Sequence record: NC_010821.1
Direction: 5' to 3' (one strand)
DNA: 64,000 nucleotides
The translations under genes and the position numbers were made by a program. The notes below the pieces were generated by a model. It did no database searches, had not been told where the DNA came from, and was given only the letters and a program-made list of their open reading frames with translations. Position 1 is the stretch's first letter, and each line of letters begins with the position of its first letter. This document shows, in pieces, positions 26,843 to 36,549 of this stretch.

Positions 26843-28210
26843 ATGGCTGACATTTATGTAAAGTATCCGTATGACCCTACTGGGAAGAATGCGGATAACC
26901 TAGTGTCTGGAGAACTACATACACTGACTCCAGTTAGTGGGTTCCCTTACAAAATTATTACCATGAACAATGGTGGCTTCTATGCTCGGACCTGCCGTGT
27001 ATATGACGCTGACTATAATCGCTTGGTGGAAAGTGTAGATTACATCTTAACTTACCGCTACGCACACCTCTCCCAAATGCTGGGACTTGAGGTTGTTAAC
27101 GACATCGTTTTCTTAGATCAGTCCCGTGTTGGCTCCGTGTATATATCGGCTCAGATGGTCGGTAGCGATGTGGCGTTTAGTTTGACCGGTATTCCAGACT
27201 ATGTTGAGTGGTACAGTAATCAAGAAGCTGGGTACTTACCACGAATGTTTGACTACAACGGTAATGAACCAGAATGGGGACCCGGTGAGCTTGATAAGGA
27301 GCGTTGGCGCTTAGACACATACCAACCGTTCAACAATGAGATCTACGAGCTTAGTCGGGCAGCTGAAGGCGGTCGTGGTGTAGGTGAAGACAACTTCCGT
27401 AAACAAGTAAAGGACAAGTACAATGCTTTCCTTGCAATGTTTACAGATCGGTTACAGCGTCACATCGATGATAAAGATAACCCGCACGTTACAACAAAGA
27501 ACCACTTGAAATTAGGGTTACTGCAAAACTACAGACTTGCAACGGTGACGGAGTCTAGACAAGGTGTATCAAACGCACTGTATCAAACGCCTGAGTTGTC
27601 TTGGCAAACCATTGATGCATTAGCTATGCAGCCGCTGAATAGTCATATCACCAACTACAGTAACCCTCACCAGACAACACCTGAGAAGATTGACTCACCA
27701 CGGAAGACTGTGGTTGATTCAACAATAGCTAGTAAGTACCTAGATAACGAAACGGTGGCTAATGCTAACTTGTTCATGAATGGTGCAACAGGCTTCACTT
27801 ATTCGCAGTACTATGCCGCTGTTCGGAGTAATATCCCAGCCGCAAGTTTTGCCGTGATTGGAGGATACTTGAACCCATACCGTCTTGGTCGGGGATCACC
27901 CGCATCAAACACAGTACTTCGTTCAGGTCCTAATCCAAGTTGGCAAACGATTGACTCGCTCATCATTGAAGCTAAACCACGCGCAGCACCGGGTTTAATG
28001 GCTATGGCATTTCCAGGTGGTACTACGCCTTCCAATGCGTTTAACGCTGCCATCCAACAGCCTTGGGCTTACACTGCCAATTTAGGGTCCATCATTTGTT
28101 ATCGCCTAACAGACACGTATGTTTGGGGTGCGGGTAACGGTGCTTGGGGTACAAGCCATAGTGTTCTTTACGTAGCCTATAAATCCGCTGGTGGTTGGGT
28201 TCAAGTGTGA
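26843..28210 (+). CDS. gp131-family tail-fibre-like protein
   Basis: ORF track start 26807; ATG at 26843 with GGAG; YPYDPTG..DNL N-domain plus NPH repeats. Confidence 0.8.
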   Translation: MADIYVKYPYDPTGKNADNLVSGELHTLTPVSGFPYKIITMNNGGFYARTCRVYDADYNRLVESVDYILTYRYAHLSQMLGLEVVNDIVFLDQSRVGSVYISAQMVGSDVAFSLTGIPDYVEWYSNQEAGYLPRMFDYNGNEPEWGPGELDKERWRLDTYQPFNNEIYELSRAAEGGRGVGEDNFRKQVKDKYNAFLAMFTDRLQRHIDDKDNPHVTTKNHLKLGLLQNYRLATVTESRQGVSNALYQTPELSWQTIDALAMQPLNSHITNYSNPHQTTPEKIDSPRKTVVDSTIASKYLDNETVANANLFMNGATGFTYSQYYAAVRSNIPAASFAVIGGYLNPYRLGRGSPASNTVLRSGPNPSWQTIDSLIIEAKPRAAPGLMAMAFPGGTTPSNAFNAAIQQPWAYTANLGSIICYRLTDTYVWGAGNGAWGTSHSVLYVAYKSAGGWVQV

Positions 28211-28219
28211 GGTAATAAA

Positions 28220-29596
28220 ATGATTCCAGTATTACAACCGCTACCCATTGACTGGAGCGGTAAATCGCTACATAACCGAACTAAAGGTGAGATACATAAC
28301 CTCTCCACACAATCAGGATTACCGTATCGGATAATCGTGATGGAACGCGGTTACTTCTACACTGACGATCTGTTCATGATCGACTCACGTGGTTACATCC
28401 TTAAGTCCACTGACTACCAGTGTATCGTACCTAGTAGAGATCTTTTCAATGAGGTTAAGAAAACCGCGTGTGCTGTGATCCTTATCACGAATCCCGATGT
28501 GGGTAACATCGTCAGGGTCGACGCACAGATGGTGGGTGGACGTTATTGCTCACTTAACCCAGCGATCCTTGAAACCGCAATTAACGTCACGTTAGCCGCT
28601 AATCGGAAGATTTATTGGAAAGACATCACAGACAAACCGGATGCGTATCGACCAAATGGTCACCTCCATGCATTGTGGGAACTGTTCGGGTTTACTGAAC
28701 AAACCGGTATCCTCAAACGAATGACTACTGCGATGGATAAGATAGTGGCTAAAGAGTTTGTAGGGTTGTTCGACGAATTCATGATTGAGTGGGGTCCAAT
28801 TGAGGACGGAATGCAAGACGTGGAAAATCGTCTAACTACCCACATCAATGACACTGAGAACCCACATGAGGTAACAGCTGATCAAGCTGGATTGGGTAAC
28901 GTCGTAAATGGACCAGTGGCAACCCAAGCAGACGCACAATTCTCCAGTGACACTAACCGTGGTTCGTACACAACGCCATTGCGAACGAGTCAGTCTATTG
29001 CCGCCAACTTTACTCCAAGGTTGACTGAGCATATTAATGATCTGAATAACCCTCACGCAGATACTGCTGCAAAATTGGGTACCATGACAAACCTCGATTT
29101 TCGTTTGTTGGCTAACCAATTCTACAACCGGGGTGAAACCGTTGCCGCAACAAATAGGTTGCAAGGCCTGGCATTTGCCGATTACACCAACTACATCAGA
29201 ACCAATATCCCAGTAACTGAACTGGTATCGGGTATCTTACCGCAATCCAATTATGTTGGCGTTCCGCAGGGAGATGGATATATCCTTCAACCATCTGCGT
29301 CAGGTTACATGGTGTGGAGACCTTATGTTCAGGCCATCGAACAATGGGTGAAGAAAGGTAATAACATTCTTTACGCGGGTAACTATGGTTCTAACGATCC
29401 CGCGGGCGCACAGGCATGGTTAGGATCTGTCCTAGGTACTAATCACCCTAACGGTACGATTGCTGTTTATCGAGCCATCATGACATGGGGTATTGGTACC
29501 GGCAACGGAGCTATTTCCACAACGGTAAGCGTGACCAGTATGGCCGTGTGCCTCAACGGAGCTTGGACACTCAGTCCAGGCGTATACTCTACTTAA
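28220..29596 (+). CDS. gp131-family tail-fibre-like protein
   Basis: LPIDWSG...N N-domain, GHLHALWELFG, NPH repeats. Confidence 0.8.
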   Translation: MIPVLQPLPIDWSGKSLHNRTKGEIHNLSTQSGLPYRIIVMERGYFYTDDLFMIDSRGYILKSTDYQCIVPSRDLFNEVKKTACAVILITNPDVGNIVRVDAQMVGGRYCSLNPAILETAINVTLAANRKIYWKDITDKPDAYRPNGHLHALWELFGFTEQTGILKRMTTAMDKIVAKEFVGLFDEFMIEWGPIEDGMQDVENRLTTHINDTENPHEVTADQAGLGNVVNGPVATQADAQFSSDTNRGSYTTPLRTSQSIAANFTPRLTEHINDLNNPHADTAAKLGTMTNLDFRLLANQFYNRGETVAATNRLQGLAFADYTNYIRTNIPVTELVSGILPQSNYVGVPQGDGYILQPSASGYMVWRPYVQAIEQWVKKGNNILYAGNYGSNDPAGAQAWLGSVLGTNHPNGTIAVYRAIMTWGIGTGNGAISTTVSVTSMAVCLNGAWTLSPGVYST

Positions 29597-29606
29597 GGGA
29601 GTCAGC

Positions 29607-30914
29607 ATGACTGATATCACAATCTTACCATTCGACCTGACTGGTACGTTGGCTTCTAACCTGCGAGTGAGTGAGGAACATACCCTCACCCTCGTTACAG
29701 GTCGAACCAATAGAATGTTTGCACCAAAGTTCGGTGCTTACTACAAAGAATCCCTGGAAGTCCGAACAAGTGCAGGTGTTAAACTAAATTACGACACTGA
29801 TTATGTCTGCACCTATTACTACGCTGACATCTGGGATCTTAACGCCAAAGAATGTTGCGCGATCATTGTAGTGACCAACCCATTGGTGGGCAACGACATC
29901 AAGATCACATACCAGGCTGTAGGTGGACCATACGCACTAAGTTTGGATGAGCTTAAAGATATCCTGACTGAAGTCGACAACTCACCTGAATCCATCGCCT
30001 GGGATGATATCCGTAATAAACCGTTGCAATTCCCTCCAGCTTTACACTACCACGAATACTGGCAGTTGTATGGACTTGAGTCCACAGTCGAAAACCTTGA
30101 GTTACTCGGTGAAGCATGGGCAGTTGGTCGCAAAGGCGTCCTTGATGATAACCGTTACTATTACGAAGGATACATCGACCTAGCGCAGAAAGCTTTGGAC
30201 GATTACCGAGTCAAGGTAATGGCACATATCACTGATCGATCTAACCCACACTTGACTGATAAAAATAAAGTAGGTCTTGGGTTGATTAATAACTGGGGTA
30301 TGGCTGACGCCACTGAATCAGCCACCATCACGGTCAATAACAAGTACCAGCCGATTGGCGGTGTTTACGATCAGCTGACGAACCATGTATTTCCGGTATT
30401 GGATCTACACGTGCGTGATACTAACAACCCCCACCGAGTACAGTTGACTGACCCATTGTTGAACTTGTATAGTACGGCACAGATCCAGCAACTGATAAAT
30501 CTTAGATTGGCCCGAACTGAGACAGCGTTTGACTCAGCTGCCTTCCAAGCTATCCCGTTGGCTCAGCTCTATGCCAACTTCAGGACTGGATTACCAGCTG
30601 AAAGCGTACTGGCTAACTCGGTACTACCGCAGGCTTTGATTGCCCCTGCTGTACCGGGCTGGAATCCCGATGATTACGTCTTGAATGGCGCAAACCAATT
30701 TCTACCATACTCGGTACTGATGCAAGCTTACAATGACACCCAAGGTAGTGTTTACTACATCGGCGCCACGCCGTTAGCTTCGTGGGCTCATTTGAGTACA
30801 GGTACATACGTAATAACCGGCACATACGTCTCATTTAACAGTTGGCGAACAATGCCCCAACTTTCAGTATATTTAAAAACCGGGCCCGGCAACAGTTGGG
30901 CTCAAGCAGCCTAA
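29607..30914 (+). CDS. gp131-family tail-fibre-like protein
   Basis: LPFDLTG...N N-domain, HYHEYWQLYG, NPH repeats. Confidence 0.8.
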   Translation: MTDITILPFDLTGTLASNLRVSEEHTLTLVTGRTNRMFAPKFGAYYKESLEVRTSAGVKLNYDTDYVCTYYYADIWDLNAKECCAIIVVTNPLVGNDIKITYQAVGGPYALSLDELKDILTEVDNSPESIAWDDIRNKPLQFPPALHYHEYWQLYGLESTVENLELLGEAWAVGRKGVLDDNRYYYEGYIDLAQKALDDYRVKVMAHITDRSNPHLTDKNKVGLGLINNWGMADATESATITVNNKYQPIGGVYDQLTNHVFPVLDLHVRDTNNPHRVQLTDPLLNLYSTAQIQQLINLRLARTETAFDSAAFQAIPLAQLYANFRTGLPAESVLANSVLPQALIAPAVPGWNPDDYVLNGANQFLPYSVLMQAYNDTQGSVYYIGATPLASWAHLSTGTYVITGTYVSFNSWRTMPQLSVYLKTGPGNSWAQAA

Positions 30915-30926
30915 GGTGAAACAAAC

Positions 30927-31532
30927 ATGACTGAAGAAACCGTAGTTGAACGCGAGTACCCTAACCGCGTTCCAGCAACAGCACTATTCAACCGACTCAA
31001 TGGCGAACTGGTGTCTGTGGTCAGCGTTGCTATCGAAGAAGCCCAGTACAACGAAAGCTATTACATTGCCCGGTCGGTAATGTACGACTTCGGTGCGAAT
31101 GGGGACAAGATTGAAGGCAAGATCAACATTAGCGCCAATGGCGTAGTAACCGATGACTTTAAGGTATTGGCTGCCGATGAGCAGACCATTACCATTTACG
31201 AATCACAAATGAACGCTCTCGCCGCTGAGAAGATCACCAGTAAGTTTCCTCTGACCAAGCAAATCAACTTGCTGGCCAATGCAGTTAATAAGTTGGCAGC
31301 TGAGCATGACCTGCTTAAATCCCCCGAGTTTGAAGCCTTGAACGAGATGGTTGAGTTTATCAACTATTGCGTGCAAGTTAACCAGACCAAGAAAGAGCAC
31401 TACGCCAATGACCCAACTGTTAACTACATCAGTGATAAAGCCGCCGCCGATGCGCTGTCTCGACGGATGGAAGGCGGTGTCCATGAAGAAATTGGAGCAA
31501 AAACTATTACCGGTGGTCGCGTTTGGTCCTGA
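30927..31532 (+). CDS. putative tail-fibre assembly/chaperone-like protein
   Basis: Directly after the fibre cluster; I...FPL.KQ.N helix pattern seen in fibre-assembly proteins. Confidence 0.5.
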   Translation: MTEETVVEREYPNRVPATALFNRLNGELVSVVSVAIEEAQYNESYYIARSVMYDFGANGDKIEGKINISANGVVTDDFKVLAADEQTITIYESQMNALAAEKITSKFPLTKQINLLANAVNKLAAEHDLLKSPEFEALNEMVEFINYCVQVNQTKKEHYANDPTVNYISDKAAADALSRRMEGGVHEEIGAKTITGGRVWS

Positions 31533-31965
31533 TGACGCAAAGCAGATCATCGAATACGTTGAGACACTCGATCCAAGTTACTGGTTCCATCGCCTTAAGA
31601 TTAATAGCATCCCGACTAAGGGTACTAATAAAGCCAACTATTGGTTTATGGGTGATGGCCAGATGCCAAAAGCGTTGAAAGAATATCTCAATGAACTGGC
31701 TCCAACTATCGATGGCTTTAAACCAGCCGAGATCTGCTTAAATCGGTACGAGGTGGGAAATGGGATGCCTGAACATATTGACCAGGCATTCTATCGTTAC
31801 AACATGGTTATTCCTTTGAGTAATCATGGTGATGGTCTGTTCGTCGAAGATGAATGGTATGTAGATCGACCGGGCTCTGGTTTGATCATGCCCATCAAAT
31901 CCCCACCACATCATGTTCCAGATGTAAAGCATCGGCGATACACTCTCATCTATCTTTACGACTAG
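31483..31965 (+). CDS. 2OG-Fe(II) oxygenase superfamily protein
   Basis: LNRY..G.GMPEHID (HxD), distal His (PPHHV) and RYTL Arg; ATG at 31483 (track start 31351). Confidence 0.85.
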   Translation: MKKLEQKLLPVVAFGPDDAKQIIEYVETLDPSYWFHRLKINSIPTKGTNKANYWFMGDGQMPKALKEYLNELAPTIDGFKPAEICLNRYEVGNGMPEHIDQAFYRYNMVIPLSNHGDGLFVEDEWYVDRPGSGLIMPIKSPPHHVPDVKHRRYTLIYLYD

Positions 31966-31973
31966 GTAATGCC

Positions 31974-32462
31974 ATGTACAAATATTTTGAACCACTAACT
32001 GAATCTGAAGTTGGTGAACTTATTCAACTTTCGAAAGAAGTTAAGTTTACTAAAGCTGAGGGTTATCGTCGTCGGCGTGGTGCCAATGCACCTCAGGTCA
32101 ACAGCGTCTACAATTTCTCCCGTTGGTTTGACTGGCACTCCAGTCAACGTAAACAGTATAAGACTTATTTCCCAACCACAGTCAGGGAAAAGATTGTACA
32201 AGGCTGGTTCCTTGAACTACCACCACATATCGGATTCCTTGATCTGATGGACTACTGGGTAGGAAAACCACAATCGGGTCGGGTCATCGCAACCGCGTTG
32301 AAAGACCAGTCCATCTGGTTGGATGGAAAAGAACAACGATTAAGTGCCGGTGAACAGATCGGCTTTAGCTTAGAATTATTGCATGAAATCAAAACCTGCC
32401 GTGAGGGTGGTCTCTGGGCATGTGTCATGTTCATGGGCTGCTATACGAAGCATGAAGATTAG
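31974..32462 (+). CDS. degenerate 2OG-Fe(II)/cupin-fold paralogue
   Basis: GWFLELPP..GFLDLMD, GEQIGF..LLHEI, WACVMF parallel the upstream oxygenase strands but lack HxD and Arg. Confidence 0.55.
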   Translation: MYKYFEPLTESEVGELIQLSKEVKFTKAEGYRRRRGANAPQVNSVYNFSRWFDWHSSQRKQYKTYFPTTVREKIVQGWFLELPPHIGFLDLMDYWVGKPQSGRVIATALKDQSIWLDGKEQRLSAGEQIGFSLELLHEIKTCREGGLWACVMFMGCYTKHED

Positions 32463-32500
32463 TGCCCAATCCTACAATGACATTACCCTGAGGATTTACC

Positions 32501-33397
32501 ATGGCCACCACAATTGCTAACCCTATTGACCAACAGTTAATTAACGTAACTCGTACCTGCTATTCCGCATACCTTCAAACTTCCAAGTATCTTGGCCTGA
32601 GTCCTTTTCGGATCATTCCGCACACGACCCTGAACGAGAAGTTTAATATCCAATCGGGTATTGCTCCAGCCGTTGGCGAAATGCCTAACGTGCGTTACCT
32701 CGTAATCGGTAACATGGGTCATTACACTGTTAAAGGGCCAGATGGTTCCGATGAAACCACGAACTACATTCACCGTGCAAACGATGCGGCACTGTATAAT
32801 CAGATCCCATTCGTAATGCGTGAAGTAGGTGATGATATCCCAGCTGATCGCCGTGACCAGTATTGCTTACGCACAACTGAGAACGTCGGTGGTAAGAACT
32901 ACATCGTTTATTATGGTCGTCGCCTGAACATGACTGGTATTCAGCCACAACTGCTGGAACTGACTGTAATCAACGGTATCATCACCGCCACACCATACAC
33001 CCCAACTGTCGACGATCTTAACCCGGTTCCACCAGTTATCTCTAACTCTGGTACGGTGATTGGTTCTAATAAAACTGTCTCGGCTAGTGCGATCGTTAAA
33101 GTTTCGCTAAGCGCAGAAGAAATTCGCGACATTACCAATGCCTATCGTATTCGTACTGGTTCCACCCGATCTCCAACTATTTCTGAGATGGGTCTGTGCT
33201 CAGGTGTAGACCGTCGAGTTACAGCAGCCGGCTCTAACTTCCAATACAACGAAGTTATTGCTTGTCAGATCAACGTCTTCATTGCAACCAACCATCCAAT
33301 CGGCTACAACTCTAGTGGTCTCGACCTCACCTTCGATATCGGTGGTGTTGAACCAATGTTGGGTTCGAACGCAGTGCAGCAAGCAACCTTCCGTTAA
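32501..33397 (+). CDS. virion structural/baseplate protein (phiKZ gp139-like)
   Basis: 298 aa; [32 protein letters not shown] motifs; synteny before RuvC. Confidence 0.7.
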   Translation: MATTIANPIDQQLINVTRTCYSAYLQTSKYLGLSPFRIIPHTTLNEKFNIQSGIAPAVGEMPNVRYLVIGNMGHYTVKGPDGSDETTNYIHRANDAALYNQIPFVMREVGDDIPADRRDQYCLRTTENVGGKNYIVYYGRRLNMTGIQPQLLELTVINGIITATPYTPTVDDLNPVPPVISNSGTVIGSNKTVSASAIVKVSLSAEEIRDITNAYRIRTGSTRSPTISEMGLCSGVDRRVTAAGSNFQYNEVIACQINVFIATNHPIGYNSSGLDLTFDIGGVEPMLGSNAVQQATFR

Positions 33398-33406
33398 GGA
33401 TTGACT

Positions 33407-33970
33407 ATGTTAGTGATGCCTAAAAGCAACGAGCCTTTTAGAATCGCTGGATTTGACCCAGGTGCAAACTTGGGTCTGACTTACCTTGAAGATGCACTGG
33501 ATGGGTCTAACCCTATCGTTCGACGCGTAGAGACAGAGAAGCTGAATCCAGCTGAATATGGCTATAAAGAAATCGCTGAAGTACATGGTAACCGTGTAGT
33601 ACGTCTAATGATCATGTACGACCGCGTGACACAGTTCCTGAGAGAAGTTAAACCGCATGGCGTAGTAGTTGAGGGTAACTACCTCGGACGCTTTGCAAAC
33701 GCGTTTGGATCGCTTGTAGAGTGTGTGCAAGTAATCCGTAGTGCAGTCTATGCCTACGACCCTTTCATGACTTTACACCTCGTCGATCCAACCACAGTCA
33801 AGACTAACATCGGTATGGTCAAGATTCGTGGTACAGACAAAGAAGATGTAAGAAAAGCATTATCTAATTTAAAGTCCCTGGATTGGGATGGTATTAACAT
33901 TGACGATTTGGATGAACACTCCATCGACTCTGTAGCTATTGCCTATTACTACGCTTCGGTTCTACTTTGA
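33407..33970 (+). CDS. ruvC: RuvC-like Holliday junction resolvase
   Basis: IAGFDPG, VVVEG, VKTNIG...KEDV, HSIDSVAI: the RuvC acidic tetrad. Confidence 0.85.
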   Translation: MLVMPKSNEPFRIAGFDPGANLGLTYLEDALDGSNPIVRRVETEKLNPAEYGYKEIAEVHGNRVVRLMIMYDRVTQFLREVKPHGVVVEGNYLGRFANAFGSLVECVQVIRSAVYAYDPFMTLHLVDPTTVKTNIGMVKIRGTDKEDVRKALSNLKSLDWDGINIDDLDEHSIDSVAIAYYYASVLL

Positions 33971-33982
33971 TTGAGAGGTACC

Positions 33983-34441
33983 ATGTATACATTCATAAAA
34001 GGACTTGGAACCAAATCCATAGTCACCGCAGTATGTGTAATCATCTTGGTTCTCGCTGGAAGTGTACGGTTTCTTTATAATGCTAATAATAGCAAACTTA
34101 CTGAAAACGCTACACTTAAAGCAGACAACGTGGTTATGCAACAAAACGAAGTCTTCACAGAAAAATCAGCTGTTATCACAGACCAGACGGTCACGAAAAT
34201 GGTTGATGATTCAGTGAAGGCTAAAACAGCCACAGAAAAGCTACGTAAAGAGAGTCAGCATGAATATGCCAAGAAAGTCGTACCTGCGGCTTCAGAAGGC
34301 GTTTCGGCAAATAGTGACCCTAATGGGGATGAGCGTGCTGGCATTGTCGCTGGCGGCCTGCTCAAAAACTATTGCCGTATCCGCCCAGAAGACCCCGACT
34401 GCCGTGCCCTCGGTTCTGCTGTTGGATTGCCTGATCGATAA
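33983..34441 (+). CDS. Rz: inner-membrane spanin (Rz-like)
   Basis: N-terminal TM (IVTAVCVIILVLAG), periplasmic coiled region, C-terminal Cys pair; overlaps a lipoprotein gene. Confidence 0.7.
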   Translation: MYTFIKGLGTKSIVTAVCVIILVLAGSVRFLYNANNSKLTENATLKADNVVMQQNEVFTEKSAVITDQTVTKMVDDSVKAKTATEKLRKESQHEYAKKVVPAASEGVSANSDPNGDERAGIVAGGLLKNYCRIRPEDPDCRALGSAVGLPDR

Positions 34442-34649
34442 ACCACCAGCAACTTTTGATGCAGTCGTCATGCGACAGCTGTATCCAGATGTTAAGGATG
34501 TTTGGGAAGCCCGGTTCTTGCTTATGTCAGATGCTTATCTATCGCAGACTTCTAACCTAGAGCAATGTGATCTTTCTAAGAAAGCGATACGTAGCTGGAA
34601 CGCACAGCACCTGGAGCTTAACCATGACACTCGAAGAACTACTCAGTGA
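34260..34649 (+). CDS. Rz1: outer-membrane spanin lipoprotein (Rz1-like)
   Basis: Lipobox LALSLAA-C, Pro/Cys-containing mature part; +1 frame overlapping the 3' 182 bp of Rz. Confidence 0.7.
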   Translation: MNMPRKSYLRLQKAFRQIVTLMGMSVLALSLAACSKTIAVSAQKTPTAVPSVLLLDCLIDKPPATFDAVVMRQLYPDVKDVWEARFLLMSDAYLSQTSNLEQCDLSKKAIRSWNAQHLELNHDTRRTTQ

Positions 34650-35037
34650 TCTTGGTACCGACCCCCTTAGCAATAAGGTTAACGGTGCCCCACTGAGAGC
34701 CAGCATCAACGCCGTATTTAAGAAGCTCGGTATACCGGCCATCGATCAGACGACTTCCAGTGAAGTTATTCTTGAAGCCATTTATGGTTTAGAAGATGAA
34801 ACTGTTAAAGCAACTCTTTTGGGTAAGCGTGTTAGTGAAGCTAAAGGGGTCCTTACTTTAAAGCGGATACTAATGGTAACAGCGATCATTGGAACTATTA
34901 TTGCAATCTCCGTGTTTACACATGTAGTACGTGGTGATCATCCACTGACGGCTGAGGAGATTGACCTTGTTAAAAGTATCGGCGGGGGAGCATTTGACCT
35001 TGTAAAAGAGATCTACATTAAACCTGATGCACAATAA
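34624..35037 (+). CDS. membrane protein, holin candidate
   Basis: Hydrophobic segment ILMVTAIIGTIIAISVFTHVV; follows the spanin pair; ATG at 34624. Confidence 0.45.
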   Translation: MTLEELLSDLGTDPLSNKVNGAPLRASINAVFKKLGIPAIDQTTSSEVILEAIYGLEDETVKATLLGKRVSEAKGVLTLKRILMVTAIIGTIIAISVFTHVVRGDHPLTAEEIDLVKSIGGGAFDLVKEIYIKPDAQ

Positions 35038-35042
35038 AAATA

Positions 35043-35081
35043 ACATAAAGCCACCCCTAACATGGGGTGGCTTTTATTATG
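35043..35081 (+). terminator. stem-loop GCCACCCC/GGGGTGGC
   Basis: ACATAAA flank, 8-bp GC stem, TTTT tail. Confidence 0.8.
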
Positions 35082-35130
35082 CTATGTAGTCAAAGTAATT
35101 TTTTACATTAGTAACCGTAGAGGACTTCAC

Positions 35131-35682
35131 ATGAGTGATCGTTTTCCCTACAACCTCCCATCGCGTGAGGCGCTTGTAGAACTGGTCCGCCGTTCTGAGA
35201 ATCGACCTGATCTGCGTGACAACTTTGTCACCTTTGAAGATCTGTTTTTCTCACCGACGCTAGTGGAACCCGGTAGAACTTATATTGAAATGGTCGACCT
35301 CATTACGAGTCATAAAGACTGGTTTGAGTTTCGACGTTTGGATCTTGCGGATAATCGGTGTCTTGGTCCAACGATTAATATTATCGTTCAAGGTAATGCC
35401 ACTCCAGCCAATATTGCGCTGGAAATCAACCGTTCACGTAAAATGTCTTTTGGTGAGAGCGACGTTTCGTTCTCCGACGAAGTGATCGCATATACAGGCG
35501 ATTCGTTTGATTACGATTTTACTGCTCTTTCTGGTAGCTACGCTTACTATGGTACAACCAAGGTTAAAGTTACAGTTGTCCCAACATCTCAATGGACACG
35601 CTACACCGAGAGTGATCTGATTCGTTATACTGAAGTTGGTGTTGAACGTGAACTCGAACACAAAGTAAGTAATTGGAGTTAA
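35131..35682 (+). CDS. virion structural protein (Y/F-x-R-L-D-L family)
   Basis: ATG at 35131 after AGAGGA; REALVELV..FRRLDL; C-terminal R-[YT]-TE repeats. Confidence 0.7.
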   Translation: MSDRFPYNLPSREALVELVRRSENRPDLRDNFVTFEDLFFSPTLVEPGRTYIEMVDLITSHKDWFEFRRLDLADNRCLGPTINIIVQGNATPANIALEINRSRKMSFGESDVSFSDEVIAYTGDSFDYDFTALSGSYAYYGTTKVKVTVVPTSQWTRYTESDLIRYTEVGVERELEHKVSNWS

Positions 35683-35687
35683 TTTTA

Positions 35688-36476
35688 ATGATCCTTAAAA
35701 ACGGCTCAAAAGGCGATGACGTTATTCGTCTACAACGTAAACTGATTGGCCTTGGTTATTCCGTTAAAGATGACGGCGTCTTCGGGGACAATACTGAGAA
35801 AGCTGTAAAAGCTGTCCAACTCAGGTTCAATCTAAAGGATGATGGTATCGTAGGGAATAACACATGGGCTGTATTGGATACTCCTACTACAACTCGTCCG
35901 GCACTAACAGATAAAGATTATCAATGGGCTGCCGATTATCTCCAAGTTGATCTACCCGCAGTTAAAGCTGTAAAAGAAGTAGAGGCACCGGCAGGTGGAT
36001 TCTTACCAGATGGTCGAGTGACTATTTTGTATGAACGCCACGTCATGTTTAAACGTCTACGGGTTAATGGAATTAATCCTGAACCGTTTGCAGCAGCTAA
36101 CCCTTCGATTGTCAACAAGAGTACAGGAGGTTATCTTGGTAAATCGGCAGAGTATACGCGTTTAGAGCAGGCTGAAAAGATTGATGAGGTTTCAGCATTA
36201 GAGTCCTGTTCTTGGGGCGCTTATCAGATCATGGGCTATCACTGGAAGCTACTTGGCTTCGGTAGTGTTCATGACTTTTTAGCCAAGATGAAAGAATCTG
36301 AGCGGGGTCAGTTAGAATGTTTTGTCAAATTCATTAAGGCCGACGCAGCGTTGCTTAAAAATCTGCGCGCTAAAGACTGGGCTAAATTCGCGGCTGGTTA
36401 TAATGGACCTAATTATCGTCAGAACAATTATGACGTTAAGTTAGCCAGCGCGTATACAAAGTTCGGTGGAAAATAA
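35688..36476 (+). CDS. modular endolysin: PG-binding domain + DUF3380-type N-acetylmuramidase
   Basis: LK.GSKGDDV..LQ..L..DG.FG..T PG_binding_1; AV.EVE..GF..GR..ILYERH, SWG.YQIMG, FAAGYNGP motifs. Confidence 0.92.
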   Translation: MILKNGSKGDDVIRLQRKLIGLGYSVKDDGVFGDNTEKAVKAVQLRFNLKDDGIVGNNTWAVLDTPTTTRPALTDKDYQWAADYLQVDLPAVKAVKEVEAPAGGFLPDGRVTILYERHVMFKRLRVNGINPEPFAAANPSIVNKSTGGYLGKSAEYTRLEQAEKIDEVSALESCSWGAYQIMGYHWKLLGFGSVHDFLAKMKESERGQLECFVKFIKADAALLKNLRAKDWAKFAAGYNGPNYRQNNYDVKLASAYTKFGGK

Positions 36477-36549
36477 ATACCCAACACTATGAGTCTTATC
36501 CAACTATAAGACAAAATAGTTGCCTACACTATTTCTGAAGGAATGTAAA

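Noticed and set aside
24217-30914. Diversity-generating retroelement or shufflon acting on fibre tips
   Set aside because: No reverse transcriptase or invertase in the window, no TR/VR pair differing at adenines, no inverted crossover sites seen.
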